A DNA stretch of 64,000 nucleotides from a virus (Duplodnaviria; Caudoviricetes): positions 224,001 through 288,000 of IMG/VR virus record IMGVR_UViG_3300037067_027616; one strand, written 5' to 3'. How positions within the stretch are numbered: position 1 is the first letter of the stretch; each line of letters opens with the position of its first letter. A program made the position numbers and the translations under genes. This document shows positions 1-9,966 of the stretch, piece by piece. Below the pieces are notes generated by a model that worked only from the letters and a program-made list of their open reading frames with translations, did no database searches and had not been told where the DNA came from.

Positions 1-149
1 AGTATCCCGCATGAATAGGTTAACAAAGCAGTGTCCGGGCGACATAGATGACCGCCACGGACGCAACCGCAATCCATGAATTAGGCATGCATCCGTACGG
101 ACTTACCCGATACAAGATGCAAAACCTCAAATATCGATAGACTATTATT

Positions 150-1187
150 TCAGGACTTCAAGGTTTCAAGGATGTGACGCATCCTATGAAGATACGTGTG
201 GTTCTGAAGGACTTTAGTGTAGGCGGCAACCTTCATTTCCTCTACTTTTTGCACCCGATCGCCGATAAGATAGCTGTAAAGACCCTGTGTCAAGCTGTCG
301 GTGTCTGAAAAAAACACAACTTCATTATCGTTGAACACTTCCCGTGCCTCCGGACGGCTGTCGTCAAGGAATTGCAACCCACCACACAAAGGCACTTCAT
401 AGGCTCTTGGGTTCAAACTTTCTGGTACGAATCTGCTTTTGTTGTTTGGGTTCTTTTTGCTTTTTGTGCGGGGATTCCATTTTACGTCCCGTAGTATGTT
501 AATGATGGCTTTTGCCCCGTTATAGTACATGACGGTTTCACCATGCGGAATCGTCCTTGCATCTGACACATACTTCCATAAAGGTGAATTTCTTGGCATG
601 TACCCGACGTGACCGCATATTTTCATGGTCAACCCGTTGCTCTCCACAAACGGTATGAGTCCCTCGAGTATTTTTCTTCTGTTTGGATACAAAGCCCCCA
701 AGAACAATATGTCGCTGAGGTACCTCTCATTTAAGTTTTCACGCGGGATAATACCACATTCATGTGAGCAGGCCGCAGTGGGACAGTAGTATACGTTGGA
801 ATATCTTCCGCAAGACGCAATGCTGCGTTCATTTGTAAAATAATAATCTATTTTGTCCAAACGTCTCTTCATCGGGTCAAATGAATGTGGATCCTCCGTT
901 GACACGATGACCTTTTTAACGTGGTAAAGGCTTTCAAGAAGGTAGTCTGGCACATTTAACCCACCGATGAACATCGCGTGTGTGAAGCCTTTATGTTTCA
1001 TCAGTATGTTCGAATGCATGACATTGTAGTCTATTGGGTCGGCAAGGATGTGCCGGAACAGATGGTACGGGAATTCTTCATACGGGATGTTCAAATCTTT
1101 CAATGCTTCAGCATAACCGTGGTATACGTCTGTTAAGGCGAAGCCTGCGGCATCGGACACCAGGTAGAATTTGAACCCTTCAGACAC
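150..1187 (-). CDS. Glycosyltransferase, CgeB/Glyco_trans_1_2-like
   Basis: SDILFLGALYPNRR, YYNGAKAIIN, LNPRAYEVPLCGG and HTYLHR motifs typical of CgeB-like GT-B proteins. Confidence 0.8.
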   Translation of the reverse strand: MSEGFKFYLVSDAAGFALTDVYHGYAEALKDLNIPYEEFPYHLFRHILADPIDYNVMHSNILMKHKGFTHAMFIGGLNVPDYLLESLYHVKKVIVSTEDPHSFDPMKRRLDKIDYYFTNERSIASCGRYSNVYYCPTAACSHECGIIPRENLNERYLSDILFLGALYPNRRKILEGLIPFVESNGLTMKICGHVGYMPRNSPLWKYVSDARTIPHGETVMYYNGAKAIINILRDVKWNPRTKSKKNPNNKSRFVPESLNPRAYEVPLCGGLQFLDDSRPEAREVFNDNEVVFFSDTDSLTQGLYSYLIGDRVQKVEEMKVAAYTKVLQNHTYLHRMRHILETLKS

Positions 1188-1590
1188 GAACAGATCCTTG
1201 TATGGTTCCGTTTGACTCGAAAACGGACGTTACATAAAGTAAGCCATCGGTGTGTCGGTATCCCATGTTCCTTTTTATGACGGAAACAGATCTTTTTCTC
1301 ATATCCATGTAGCCTGTTTGGCTGAAGAACCAATCATCAGGGCCTATTGACGGATGTTCTTCTTTGGAAATTGTGGCTTTTTTTAAGCCGTGCCAATAAA
1401 GATCGAGTTTTACGAGCTTTTTTCGGTCTATATCAGGCCAACTTGTGGCCATCATCCGGCGTGATTTTTCGCTGTGGTAGCATTCGCGCTCAAGGACGGA
1501 TGTCCCGTCCTCATACATCGCTACGAACCCTGTGAAGCAATCAGGTACGCTAGTGTTTTCTGACTTTTGGGAAGCTTCTTTTTGGGGCAT
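1180..1590 (-). CDS. Hypothetical protein
   Basis: 136-aa ORF overlapping both neighbours in operon fashion. Confidence 0.6.
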   Translation of the reverse strand: MPQKEASQKSENTSVPDCFTGFVAMYEDGTSVLERECYHSEKSRRMMATSWPDIDRKKLVKLDLYWHGLKKATISKEEHPSIGPDDWFFSQTGYMDMRKRSVSVIKRNMGYRHTDGLLYVTSVFESNGTIQGSVRV

Positions 1591-1921
1591 GAACTTTCCT
1601 CACCCTCGGGCGAGGGGGTTTTGCTATGTTGATTTTCTTTGGCTTTTTGAAATGTGCATGGGGTCTAGCTTTAATTCTTTTTACAACATGTTTGTTTTTC
1701 TTTGGAGCCAACCAATGGGGCTTAACTCTCTTGAAAAGTTTCCGCGATCTCATGAAAAGACGGTTTTTTCGTAGGTACCTTTTCCTTTGAATACGTATTT
1801 TCGTTTTATGAACACGATAGTACATGCGGGCTTTGAGGCGTTGACTCGGACTTCTGCGCTTTATCTTGCGGACAAATCTTCTTTTATAAGCCGTTATTAC
1901 CCTTAATATTGCCTCATGCAT
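1550..1921 (-). CDS. Very basic Arg/Lys-rich protein, possible DNA-condensing protein
   Basis: GGAGG RBS; sequence dominated by R/K with a single acidic residue. Confidence 0.6.
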   Translation of the reverse strand: MHEAILRVITAYKRRFVRKIKRRSPSQRLKARMYYRVHKTKIRIQRKRYLRKNRLFMRSRKLFKRVKPHWLAPKKNKHVVKRIKARPHAHFKKPKKINIAKPPRPRVRKVHAPKRSFPKVRKH

Positions 1922-1964
1922 TTTATCCTCCCGTAATTCATAGAAAATTTTATTAGAAGGATAT

Positions 1965-2585
1965 TTACGGGTTGGGTGTGGACGGTTTCTTGTCTACGGT
2001 CATATTTTTCAGTGCCTCTCCCAATGCACTTTTATCGGCACCGTGTTCTATCCGGAATTTCCACAGGCGGTATTCTTCAGAAGATTTAAGGGTTTTCTCC
2101 AAATTTTCGTATTCATCCAAAAGACTTTTAGCCTCTGGGTTCGAAAATTTTTTATTCGTGAGCAATTCCTTTATTACGTGCATCCTCTTCAACGGCTTTA
2201 TTATCTTTTTATAGGTTACTGATTTACCACCCATGACGCAAAGGGGTCTCAACTCATGGCAATCTCTGCACAAATATATCTGTTCACGGTCCTCAAATTT
2301 GTTTGGTAAATACAAGCACCTTTTTGGTTTTCCACACTTGGGACACAGTATATACCACAACAAACCCCCTAAACTCCTTCGAGTTGCTAGATATTGGAAT
2401 TTCTGCCCGTTCAATTCAAACAGTTCAAGATTTTTATGTATCTCATCACGATATGCTTCATCCCTTTGTTTGCCTCTTTTTGCGGTTATGCTCTTCTTTA
2501 TGTTCCTAACCAATTTAGCAAAATCTAAACAAACGCACATTTCAACAGGGTGGTATTTTCTAGGCCTTGGCATCAGATCCTCCAT
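1965..2585 (-). CDS. Zn-finger hypothetical protein
   Basis: WYILCPKC...LY...YLCRDCHEL cysteine pairs. Confidence 0.6.
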   Translation of the reverse strand: MEDLMPRPRKYHPVEMCVCLDFAKLVRNIKKSITAKRGKQRDEAYRDEIHKNLELFELNGQKFQYLATRRSLGGLLWYILCPKCGKPKRCLYLPNKFEDREQIYLCRDCHELRPLCVMGGKSVTYKKIIKPLKRMHVIKELLTNKKFSNPEAKSLLDEYENLEKTLKSSEEYRLWKFRIEHGADKSALGEALKNMTVDKKPSTPNP

Positions 2586-3048
2586 GACCCATGATTGTTT
2601 TTCTTCCGTTCAAAGCCTTCAAAATTGACTCCAAAAAAGATATCATTCTGACAAGGATCCTGGACAGCCATCCGTGTGATTTCTGCGCTTCAGTCAAGGA
2701 TTTATCTAAAACCCACTCATATGTCCACAATTCCGGAAACAACCTTTTTTTCAAAGCCTCATCAGACATTATTGTGGTAAACCTTTCGGCGACAGCTTCA
2801 TCGAGCCATTTCCTGGCGAACGCGTTGCAGTCCCTTGCGCTTGTGCACACATCCGGTTTATCGGGGTCAAGGAGGCATAGCTTGACACATTTACTGTGTC
2901 CATCCACGTCTTCGTATTCTATGACGCCACTGTAATGACAATTCTCATGTGTCTTCTGCCTGGAAGCCGCTATGGATCTAATCAATGCGAGTTTGCGCAT
3001 TTGTCGGTATTGTCTATATATGACCCCGGGGCTTTTCATTTCAATCAC
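2560..3048 (-). CDS. Hypothetical Cys-containing protein
   Basis: ORF coupled to neighbours; several Cys. Confidence 0.55.
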   Translation of the reverse strand: MIEMKSPGVIYRQYRQMRKLALIRSIAASRQKTHENCHYSGVIEYEDVDGHSKCVKLCLLDPDKPDVCTSARDCNAFARKWLDEAVAERFTTIMSDEALKKRLFPELWTYEWVLDKSLTEAQKSHGWLSRILVRMISFLESILKALNGRKTIMGHGGSDAKA

Positions 3049-3592
3049 CTTTCAAAGGCATGTCGGTAACGCCCGTTATTCCAGAGTCGTGGGAAAAGTC
3101 TGACTTATCGTAGAAGAAATTCTTATTTAAAAACCGTATAGTGTCGGCATAATCGCAAAAACCACGGTTGAAACTGACGCCACTCATAGACCAAATTTCG
3201 ACCACCTTGCCTTTTGATTTCAAATGGCGACACAAGTCGATGAAATCCCCATCCCCACTCATAAGGACCCATTTATCAAATTTGTCCTTGTTCTCAAGAC
3301 AGTCTATGCATATAGCTATATCCTGATCTGTGCCTTTGTATATCCTGCCACCATCCTGCTTGTATGAAATTTGCGCCTTTTTTATTGCCAGGGTGTATCC
3401 TATTGACTTCAAAAAGTGTTCAAATTTTACGTGTTCCGCATCGGGAGTTCGAATTATATAGGCCGTTATCCCAACAACCTCATCCCCGCTTGCTTGGAAA
3501 TGGTCTCGTATTTTTACAAAATCAATACGCTTTCCAATGTCCTTTGCCGCGAAAAAAAGATTTTGGACGTCAAGTTGTATGTACACTCTCAT
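3041..3592 (-). CDS. NYN (LabA/DUF88, PIN-like) domain protein
   Basis: LDVQNL, KGTDQDI, LMSGDGDF motifs; start moved to MRVYIQ, which forms an ATGA overlap with the upstream gene. Confidence 0.85.
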   Translation of the reverse strand: MRVYIQLDVQNLFFAAKDIGKRIDFVKIRDHFQASGDEVVGITAYIIRTPDAEHVKFEHFLKSIGYTLAIKKAQISYKQDGGRIYKGTDQDIAICIDCLENKDKFDKWVLMSGDGDFIDLCRHLKSKGKVVEIWSMSGVSFNRGFCDYADTIRFLNKNFFYDKSDFSHDSGITGVTDMPLKGD

Positions 3593-4200
3593 CGTATTTT
3601 CTCCATGCGCGCGGCACGCCCGTGTTTGTCGATGCGGTACACGTGCTTTCCGCATTCGGCGAATTGAGGAAGGTGTGTTACAAGAAGTATGTCCATGCCT
3701 GTCTTCTCGGATAACTGGGTTATGAGCTTTCCAACATTATCTATGTTAACATTGTCTACAGCCTTGAATGTTTCATCCAACATCATGAAAGGAGCTCTTT
3801 TCAATTTTCTCATACACAAAAGCCGCAAGAGGAAACTTTCAACCACTTGAACGCTACTTCTCGAGTGTGGTGACACCTCATTTTCACCATCGACAGTACG
3901 AAGGACGACCCTCATACGCTTACCGTACTCTTCTAGTTTGCTTACAAATTTAACATCCCTCTCCGGGAATACTACAGATAAGCCATAGGACACGAGCTTG
4001 TCCATCCGTTCGAGATCCGCCTTTGCTAACCTGTCTATGAGATGCTTCAAAACCTTCTCCGTCATGAGCAACAAGTCAATTTTTTTCTCAAGCGTTTCAA
4101 TCTCGGACAACAGGTCACCTTTAGCCCTCATCTTTGAGGCCCGCATGCCTTCTACCATAGCAAGGCGCCTGTTGAATGATTCAAATACGGGACTATCCAC
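3589..4200 (-). CDS. SbcC/Rad50-like ATPase, C-terminal half
   Basis: Coiled coil, then Walker B/D-loop FMMLDETFKAVD and H-loop LLVTH; no Walker A. Confidence 0.75.
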   Translation of the reverse strand: MDSPVFESFNRRLAMVEGMRASKMRAKGDLLSEIETLEKKIDLLLMTEKVLKHLIDRLAKADLERMDKLVSYGLSVVFPERDVKFVSKLEEYGKRMRVVLRTVDGENEVSPHSRSSVQVVESFLLRLLCMRKLKRAPFMMLDETFKAVDNVNIDNVGKLITQLSEKTGMDILLVTHLPQFAECGKHVYRIDKHGRAARMEKIR

Positions 4201-4211
4201 CGTTACGTCCC

Positions 4212-5366
4212 CTAAACTTTCTTGGCATATCCACCAATGCCTACCTGTACAAAATTTTCTTTGTCGATATCGCCTTTGTCATAAGCCTTTAAAAACTTGT
4301 TCCCCTGCTCATTGATATGCAGGCGAATTTTATCACCATGATTAAAAGATCCAAGGACGGACTTCAAAACACTGTATAGCATTATGTGTGTGACGTCCTC
4401 TGAACCCGTGTCATCTGCCCGAGAACACGGTATTCTTTCAATGCTTTTTGATGATAACAATGACAAATCGATGTAAGATGAGTCACCGGAACCGCTAAGG
4501 GTCATTTGCACCCCGACTGCGCCATCTGTACCGGTATGGGAAGCTACAAGACGATCAAGGTGCTTCAACAGGAGCGCTTTATCAACGATGGTATGGGGTC
4601 CTTCGGATTTGACGTGCTGTGTTTGGACACTCGGAGGTTCCATCGCAGGCTTCAAAGCAGAAAAGTACACTCCGGTTGATGTTTCTATACCCACATCTCC
4701 ACCCGTTTGTATTAAACCAACCGTTTTGTCCTCCACAGCATCCAAAACTGAAGAAAGAATCGGGAGGATTGCTTTGCGTAGGCGCACATCATCAAACGGC
4801 TTGAATGCGGACGACACCATGAACCCCATCATACTGCTGCCGTTTGCGGCGTACATGACACCTTTCGATATGGTGACTATGTCAAAGTTGCGGGCGTCAT
4901 CTTTTTGAGGGGCAAGATAATTTTCGGCATATTTTACGGACGATGAGAACAATTCCCGCGATATTGGTATTGATACCCTTCCTGCGTTTGGCTCGAAAGT
5001 GAGCATCATCGATGCCGGGAACGATTGAAGTTTTGCAAAAGAAGAAGAACCGTTGCTGGTAAACACCTTGACGGATTGGTCGCTTTCATCGAAATCCATA
5101 ACGACATCGGTGATATCCATTTTAGATAAAACACCGGACAATATTTTTGGGTCGGCGGTGAACGAGGTTCTGGTGCCGGGGACACAATCAGCATCGATAG
5201 CACACAAAGCTTTGAGGTCGTTATTTGTGCCCGTTACTTTCATTTTTCCATCGGACACAGAGAACAGGAGATGGCCGCGCTCCTGCTGTATTATGATCTT
5301 CGACAATGCTTTCCTTGTGATCCCCACCGCTCTTTGAAGTTCGGATCTGTTGACCTTGATTTCCAT
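4212..5366 (-). CDS. dnaN: DNA polymerase III beta sliding clamp-like
   Basis: 384 aa; N-terminus MEIKVNRSELQRAV...LLFSVSDGKMKVTGTNND and FP motif match the beta clamp layout. Confidence 0.75.
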   Translation of the reverse strand: MEIKVNRSELQRAVGITRKALSKIIIQQERGHLLFSVSDGKMKVTGTNNDLKALCAIDADCVPGTRTSFTADPKILSGVLSKMDITDVVMDFDESDQSVKVFTSNGSSSFAKLQSFPASMMLTFEPNAGRVSIPISRELFSSSVKYAENYLAPQKDDARNFDIVTISKGVMYAANGSSMMGFMVSSAFKPFDDVRLRKAILPILSSVLDAVEDKTVGLIQTGGDVGIETSTGVYFSALKPAMEPPSVQTQHVKSEGPHTIVDKALLLKHLDRLVASHTGTDGAVGVQMTLSGSGDSSYIDLSLLSSKSIERIPCSRADDTGSEDVTHIMLYSVLKSVLGSFNHGDKIRLHINEQGNKFLKAYDKGDIDKENFVQVGIGGYAKKV

Positions 5367-5377
5367 TTGTGATCTCC

Positions 5378-5641
5378 TTATGCCTCTATGGATGAAAGCT
5401 GTTTTGATGCCTTTTCGAGACCTTCCTCGAATGAATCCATATCCTGCTTTAGCTTCGCTTCCATCTCTATTATGGTCTTGCGGAGCGTCTTTGGATCATA
5501 GCCGGCCTTCTTAACCTCTTCTATAATGGCGGAAAGTGCCTGCCTTTTAGCGTTGTATTGCTCCTCCAGGCGTATCTTCTTCGTCTGGAGTTCCTGCCGC
5601 CTCTTCTCAAGGGCTTTGAATCTATCGACCTGGTCAGTCAT
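5378..5641 (-). CDS. Small coiled-coil protein
   Basis: GGAG RBS; heptad-like charged helix. Confidence 0.65.
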   Translation of the reverse strand: MTDQVDRFKALEKRRQELQTKKIRLEEQYNAKRQALSAIIEEVKKAGYDPKTLRKTIIEMEAKLKQDMDSFEEGLEKASKQLSSIEA

Positions 5642-5650
5642 ACGCTCTCC

Positions 5651-6484
5651 TCAAAGCATCAAGTCTTGTACGCCGAGTGAAGAATCTATTTCAATGTGGC
5701 CCTTTTTCTCGGCATTCTCTTTTTTCTTTGCGTTGTACGCTTCGCACGAGCATTTATAAGGACACCATTTGCATTGTTTACTCAAACCAACCTTGGCCTC
5801 GAACACGGTGTCTTTTTTTATGGCCTGTTTCACGAGAGCTAATTTGTCCCGGAACGACAAAATTGTCGCTTTATCAAAATCAATGTACTTGATGAGCTTA
5901 AACCGATAGTACAGGAATCCGAGTTTGTCCGGGAGACGTCCTTTATTCAGAAGATATACAAGCGCGTAAAAATATAGCTGGTCAAGGTCGATATCCGCAT
6001 CGATTTTCATCTTTCCCTTGCCATCCAGAATTTCAATCGGTCCGCCCTGCGGTTCGTGGACAAAATCCATGCGACACGTTATTAAATCCCCGGACTTTTT
6101 GAGGTGCACGTTGAAGGTGACTTCCGATCTGGAGTCCTTCCAAAATGTGAACTTTCGCATATTTTCAATGACGTCTGCAACGGCCATATCAAATATCTGT
6201 TCGGAAGTGTTCTTCACCCACGGTTCACTCCAATTAACATAATTGGTGTCGAGGACATACTTCCATATTTCCTTGAGTACTGATTTTACGTTATCGTCCG
6301 TAAGTTGTCTGCCTGTTTTGGCAACCTCATTTGTGTACTTCTTGAAGAATCGCTCAACAAGCAGACCATAAAGAGCAAAGTACTTGCTTTCCTTTTCAGG
6401 GGGAGCAACCTTGTCTGCCTTAAGCTTATAATGCCTGGGACAGTCGATGTACATGCGGAAGTCACTATACGATAATTTCATCAA
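5651..6484 (-). CDS. PD-(D/E)xK nuclease, RecB/AddB/Cas4-like
   Basis: LSYS..YIDCP, RMD, ILDGK, QLYFY and C-terminal CKWCPYKCSC. Confidence 0.8.
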   Translation of the reverse strand: MMKLSYSDFRMYIDCPRHYKLKADKVAPPEKESKYFALYGLLVERFFKKYTNEVAKTGRQLTDDNVKSVLKEIWKYVLDTNYVNWSEPWVKNTSEQIFDMAVADVIENMRKFTFWKDSRSEVTFNVHLKKSGDLITCRMDFVHEPQGGPIEILDGKGKMKIDADIDLDQLYFYALVYLLNKGRLPDKLGFLYYRFKLIKYIDFDKATILSFRDKLALVKQAIKKDTVFEAKVGLSKQCKWCPYKCSCEAYNAKKKENAEKKGHIEIDSSLGVQDLML

Positions 6485-7467
6485 ACTGCTCCCTTGATTG
6501 CCATGTCGGCCTCTGACAAATAATGGGTAACACTGTCAAGTATTTCCTTTTCCAATTTCATAGAGGACAACTCGGCGTCTATTCTCCCAAGGGCATCTAA
6601 GTCTACTTCCTCGGCTCGGAGTTTTTCTACGAAATTCTCGGCCTCCTCCATCCTTTTTTTCTCGCGTTCTTTTGCCACAAGGTCGAATACCTGGTCAGAA
6701 TTCTTGACATTCAAACGTATGGCGCGCGCGGACACTACAACCTTGCCGTCAACCTTGTTAATTTGGACGTAGCCTATCTTTGGGGATCTTGTAATGTTGT
6801 CATCAGCCATTGTTCCGCGACTCACCGCCCCGATATTGATGAAAGTCACGTCACGGCCATTGTGCTTTATTGTCTCTATGCCTTGATCAAAATGAAAATG
6901 CCCCATGACAAAAATGTCATCGCCAAGATTAGCTATGTCACTGTATTTAAACACGTTAGAAAGGTGGTACTTTCCACCAATTAAACTGGAATACAAATGC
7001 AAGACGGCTATACTCAAATCAGCACAGCGTGATGCTTTTGGCATTGAGTCTATTTCCGGATTTTCCTCAAACGGAAACCCACGCAATTGAACACGCACGC
7101 TACCGTCATCTACTATCTCTTCCCGCAATTGCTTGAGTGCGCCACTGGCGTAGATGACACTCAAAGGTTGCTCCGGAAATGTCTTGTAGCTGTCGTTCTT
7201 CAAATCGTGGTTTCCCTCGGTGGCGTAGATAGGCGCCCCAAAATCTTTGAACAACGTTAACAACGTGCTGTTAAGACTGTGTGGATTGCGCATTGGGGCT
7301 TTAAGGTTGAATAGATCTCCTGCCATGATATAAAAGTCGACACCGAGTTTCTTACCGGCCTGTCCTACCTGGGTCAGTTTTTCGAGGATGTCCTCGAGAT
7401 AGCTACCAACCCGTGATTGGGGGTTTACGGAACTGATATGTGGATCTGTGAATGTCAGAAATTTCAT
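6481..7467 (-). CDS. sbcD: SbcD/Mre11-like metallophosphoesterase
   Basis: DPH, GDLF, GNHD, GHFH motifs; adjacent to SbcC N-half. Confidence 0.85.
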   Translation of the reverse strand: MKFLTFTDPHISSVNPQSRVGSYLEDILEKLTQVGQAGKKLGVDFYIMAGDLFNLKAPMRNPHSLNSTLLTLFKDFGAPIYATEGNHDLKNDSYKTFPEQPLSVIYASGALKQLREEIVDDGSVRVQLRGFPFEENPEIDSMPKASRCADLSIAVLHLYSSLIGGKYHLSNVFKYSDIANLGDDIFVMGHFHFDQGIETIKHNGRDVTFINIGAVSRGTMADDNITRSPKIGYVQINKVDGKVVVSARAIRLNVKNSDQVFDLVAKEREKKRMEEAENFVEKLRAEEVDLDALGRIDAELSSMKLEKEILDSVTHYLSEADMAIKGAV

Positions 7468-7470
7468 GCG

Positions 7471-8640
7471 CTATAAATCTTTCCCACAAAGAGGGCATAC
7501 CGTGAATTCTGATTTTTCTTTTTCTATAGAGGCTTGTTCTGCAGATACCCTGCTCTGCTCTTCGGACAAGGTCTCTATTTCTTTCTTTAAGGCAAGTATA
7601 TTTTCAACAGAGCTGCCTAAAAACCCCAACTTTGAAATGCCCGACCCAAGCTCTGAAAATTGTTCGTCACCAATAATCGAAACGGATCCGCACGGTGCCA
7701 AACGTTTTTCATCTGATTCAGCAATGTTAAGTCTCGCGAGCATGTCAGAAAGTTTCCTGTATTCTTCCGCCGAAAACAAAAGACCTTCTGGTTCATCCAC
7801 GGAAATTTTGTTCACATCCTGGAGGCGCTTTATATCCACAGCGAGGGCTTCTGTTTTTGTCAAAAGTTCCGAAGCCTTTGAAACTTTGAGAATTGTTTCT
7901 GAAAGACTACCGGAATCGGTGACTTCCACCGAGGACGATTGCTTGAGCCTCCCACAATCCGCTGCCAACGTTTCCAAAGATGTCAAAAGTTCCTTCGCTT
8001 TTTTCACGCCCCTTTCGGACGACTCTATGGCTTGAAAATCAGATTTTAGATTCGCGCCGTAGTCAATGATCTTGTCCAGCCCATCGAATTTCTTCAAATC
8101 GGATTCGACATTGACTATGTCCTTTTTTCTGATCTTCAAAAGGGCGTTCACCGACCTTTGATCTTTGTTACACAAATCCGAGGCTTTATACAACCTGTCG
8201 AGCCCATACGCTGTGGCGACGAGGTCTGACGTCTTCATGCCCTCTTCGCCAACAAGAAACAACTCGTTGAACTGTTCAGCGTATTGTAGGTTGTGCTTCT
8301 CCTCGTTTATTCGAACATTCCCATACCCGGCTAACCAGACTTCCGAAGGTGGGTCGTCCACGCCTATCTTCGAATATTTGTTTCCGTTGATGACGTAATA
8401 ATTGTTCCCTTCTTCTTTGTGCCACAGGAGGTCGAGGCCTTCAGCGATTATGTGGACTTCGCAAAACTTTTTGCCCCAAGATATGAATTCGGTACCCTGT
8501 TGGTTCGTAAGCGCCGCATTTATGGCACGCATGGTGGCACTTTTACCGGACAAGTTAGGACCCTGCACCGTCGTGAAGCCATCAATTTCGATGGTGGCAT
8601 GTTCCACGGACTCGTAATTCGTTATCTCGGCGCGTATCAC
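7471..8640 (-). CDS. SbcC/Rad50-like ATPase, N-terminal half
   Basis: ITNYES, Walker A GPNLSGKS, Q-loop, coiled coil ending in zinc hook CPLCG. Confidence 0.8.
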   Translation of the reverse strand: MIRAEITNYESVEHATIEIDGFTTVQGPNLSGKSATMRAINAALTNQQGTEFISWGKKFCEVHIIAEGLDLLWHKEEGNNYYVINGNKYSKIGVDDPPSEVWLAGYGNVRINEEKHNLQYAEQFNELFLVGEEGMKTSDLVATAYGLDRLYKASDLCNKDQRSVNALLKIRKKDIVNVESDLKKFDGLDKIIDYGANLKSDFQAIESSERGVKKAKELLTSLETLAADCGRLKQSSSVEVTDSGSLSETILKVSKASELLTKTEALAVDIKRLQDVNKISVDEPEGLLFSAEEYRKLSDMLARLNIAESDEKRLAPCGSVSIIGDEQFSELGSGISKLGFLGSSVENILALKKEIETLSEEQSRVSAEQASIEKEKSEFTVCPLCGKDL

Positions 8641-8643
8641 CGA

Positions 8644-9966
8644 TTATCCCTCGCTCGAATCACTATCTTTTTTTCCTCCCATGGAATTCTCTAATTCACT
8701 GAGATCCATGGCATCATCATCCGAAATACCCAGGTCATCGACAGGCAGACCCTTGATCTTTCGTATCGACTTCAGTTCTTCCTTTTCATCGTCCGACAAC
8801 GAGTTAGACTCCCTTTTCGATTCAAGTTCCCTGAGGGTGTTGTCCATCTCGGCATCGTCCCGGTTTGGTTGAAGCTTGGGTTTGAGTACTTCCAATATCT
8901 CCGGGTTAGCCTCAAGGTGCCTCTTCAAGGATTGCTTGCCTTGCACTTTGAACTGAAGGTCGGAGTCAGCATCCTTCCATGAAAACCAAGCGCCCTCTTT
9001 CTTGATGATATGCCTGTTGATAGCCAGTTCTATCATGGACATGACATTGTCGATGCCGTATCCAAATTGGATGTAGATCGGTCCGGATTTGAAAGGCATG
9101 TCAAGTTTGTTCTTTTCGATGACGACTTTTATAACTTGGCTTACCGCCTTCTTCTCCGAAATGCCTGTGATATCGCTGATCTCCTCGACCTGCTCACGCA
9201 AACCCGGCTTCATGTGAATCCTGAGTGACGAGTAGAACCTGACCGCCCTTCCACCTGATGTTACCTCTTTTGGACCTGTGTCGTATTTGTCCGCTTTGAT
9301 GGTGCTGCGCATCTGGTTCACGAGTACAAGGGCGCAATTCTTTTTACCGAGTCTTTTCGTTATCCAATTCAGCCACGTACCCGTAAGTTTTGCATGGAGT
9401 CCGACCTGCACACCTTCATCGGCCTCTCCCTCGAAAGCAGCCTTGGGGAGCATGGCTGTGACAGAATCCACGATGATGACGGCCGGGCCGAGTTTCATCA
9501 TGGCTATCCCGATGAGCTTGACGCCGTCCTCAAAGTTGTCTGGTTCGATGTGACAGAAATTTGGGGGTGAAATATCAACACCTATGTTCTCGATGTACTT
9601 GCGTTGTTGCCGCAGGCTCTTCTCGAAGTCGGCGTATATGACACGGAATCCGGCATCCAAAGCCTGTTTGGCAATGTGCAAGGCGAGAGTAGTCTTGCCG
9701 CAACCTTCATCGCCGTAGACTTCAGTGACGTAGCCCCGGGGTACTCCTCCGGGTCTGTTCTGCTGTGACCCATCCCCGATGAGGCGGTTCACGACCCAAG
9801 AGCCTGTAGAGAGGAAATCTATTTTCCTCTTGATGTCACCAAGATGCCCCGACTTCTTGAGGGACTCTATGAACGCCAAGGCTTCGGTGTCGCTCGCGGG
9901 CTTTTCATTCTTCTGCTCGGGCGACTTGCCCTTCTGATCCTTTTTCTTTTTCTTTTGAAATGCCAC
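8644..9966 (-). CDS. recA: RecA recombinase
   Basis: GGVPRG, EVYGDEGCGKTT, IIVDSV, VNQMR, SGGRAVRFYSSLR, KNK. Confidence 0.95.
   Translation of the reverse strand: MAFQKKKKKDQKGKSPEQKNEKPASDTEALAFIESLKKSGHLGDIKRKIDFLSTGSWVVNRLIGDGSQQNRPGGVPRGYVTEVYGDEGCGKTTLALHIAKQALDAGFRVIYADFEKSLRQQRKYIENIGVDISPPNFCHIEPDNFEDGVKLIGIAMMKLGPAVIIVDSVTAMLPKAAFEGEADEGVQVGLHAKLTGTWLNWITKRLGKKNCALVLVNQMRSTIKADKYDTGPKEVTSGGRAVRFYSSLRIHMKPGLREQVEEISDITGISEKKAVSQVIKVVIEKNKLDMPFKSGPIYIQFGYGIDNVMSMIELAINRHIIKKEGAWFSWKDADSDLQFKVQGKQSLKRHLEANPEILEVLKPKLQPNRDDAEMDNTLRELESKRESNSLSDDEKEELKSIRKIKGLPVDDLGISDDDAMDLSELENSMGGKKDSDSSEG

Noticed and set aside
5651-6484. Cas4 as evidence of a CRISPR system
   Set aside because: Sits in a recombination operon; solo PD-(D/E)xK nucleases are common in phages
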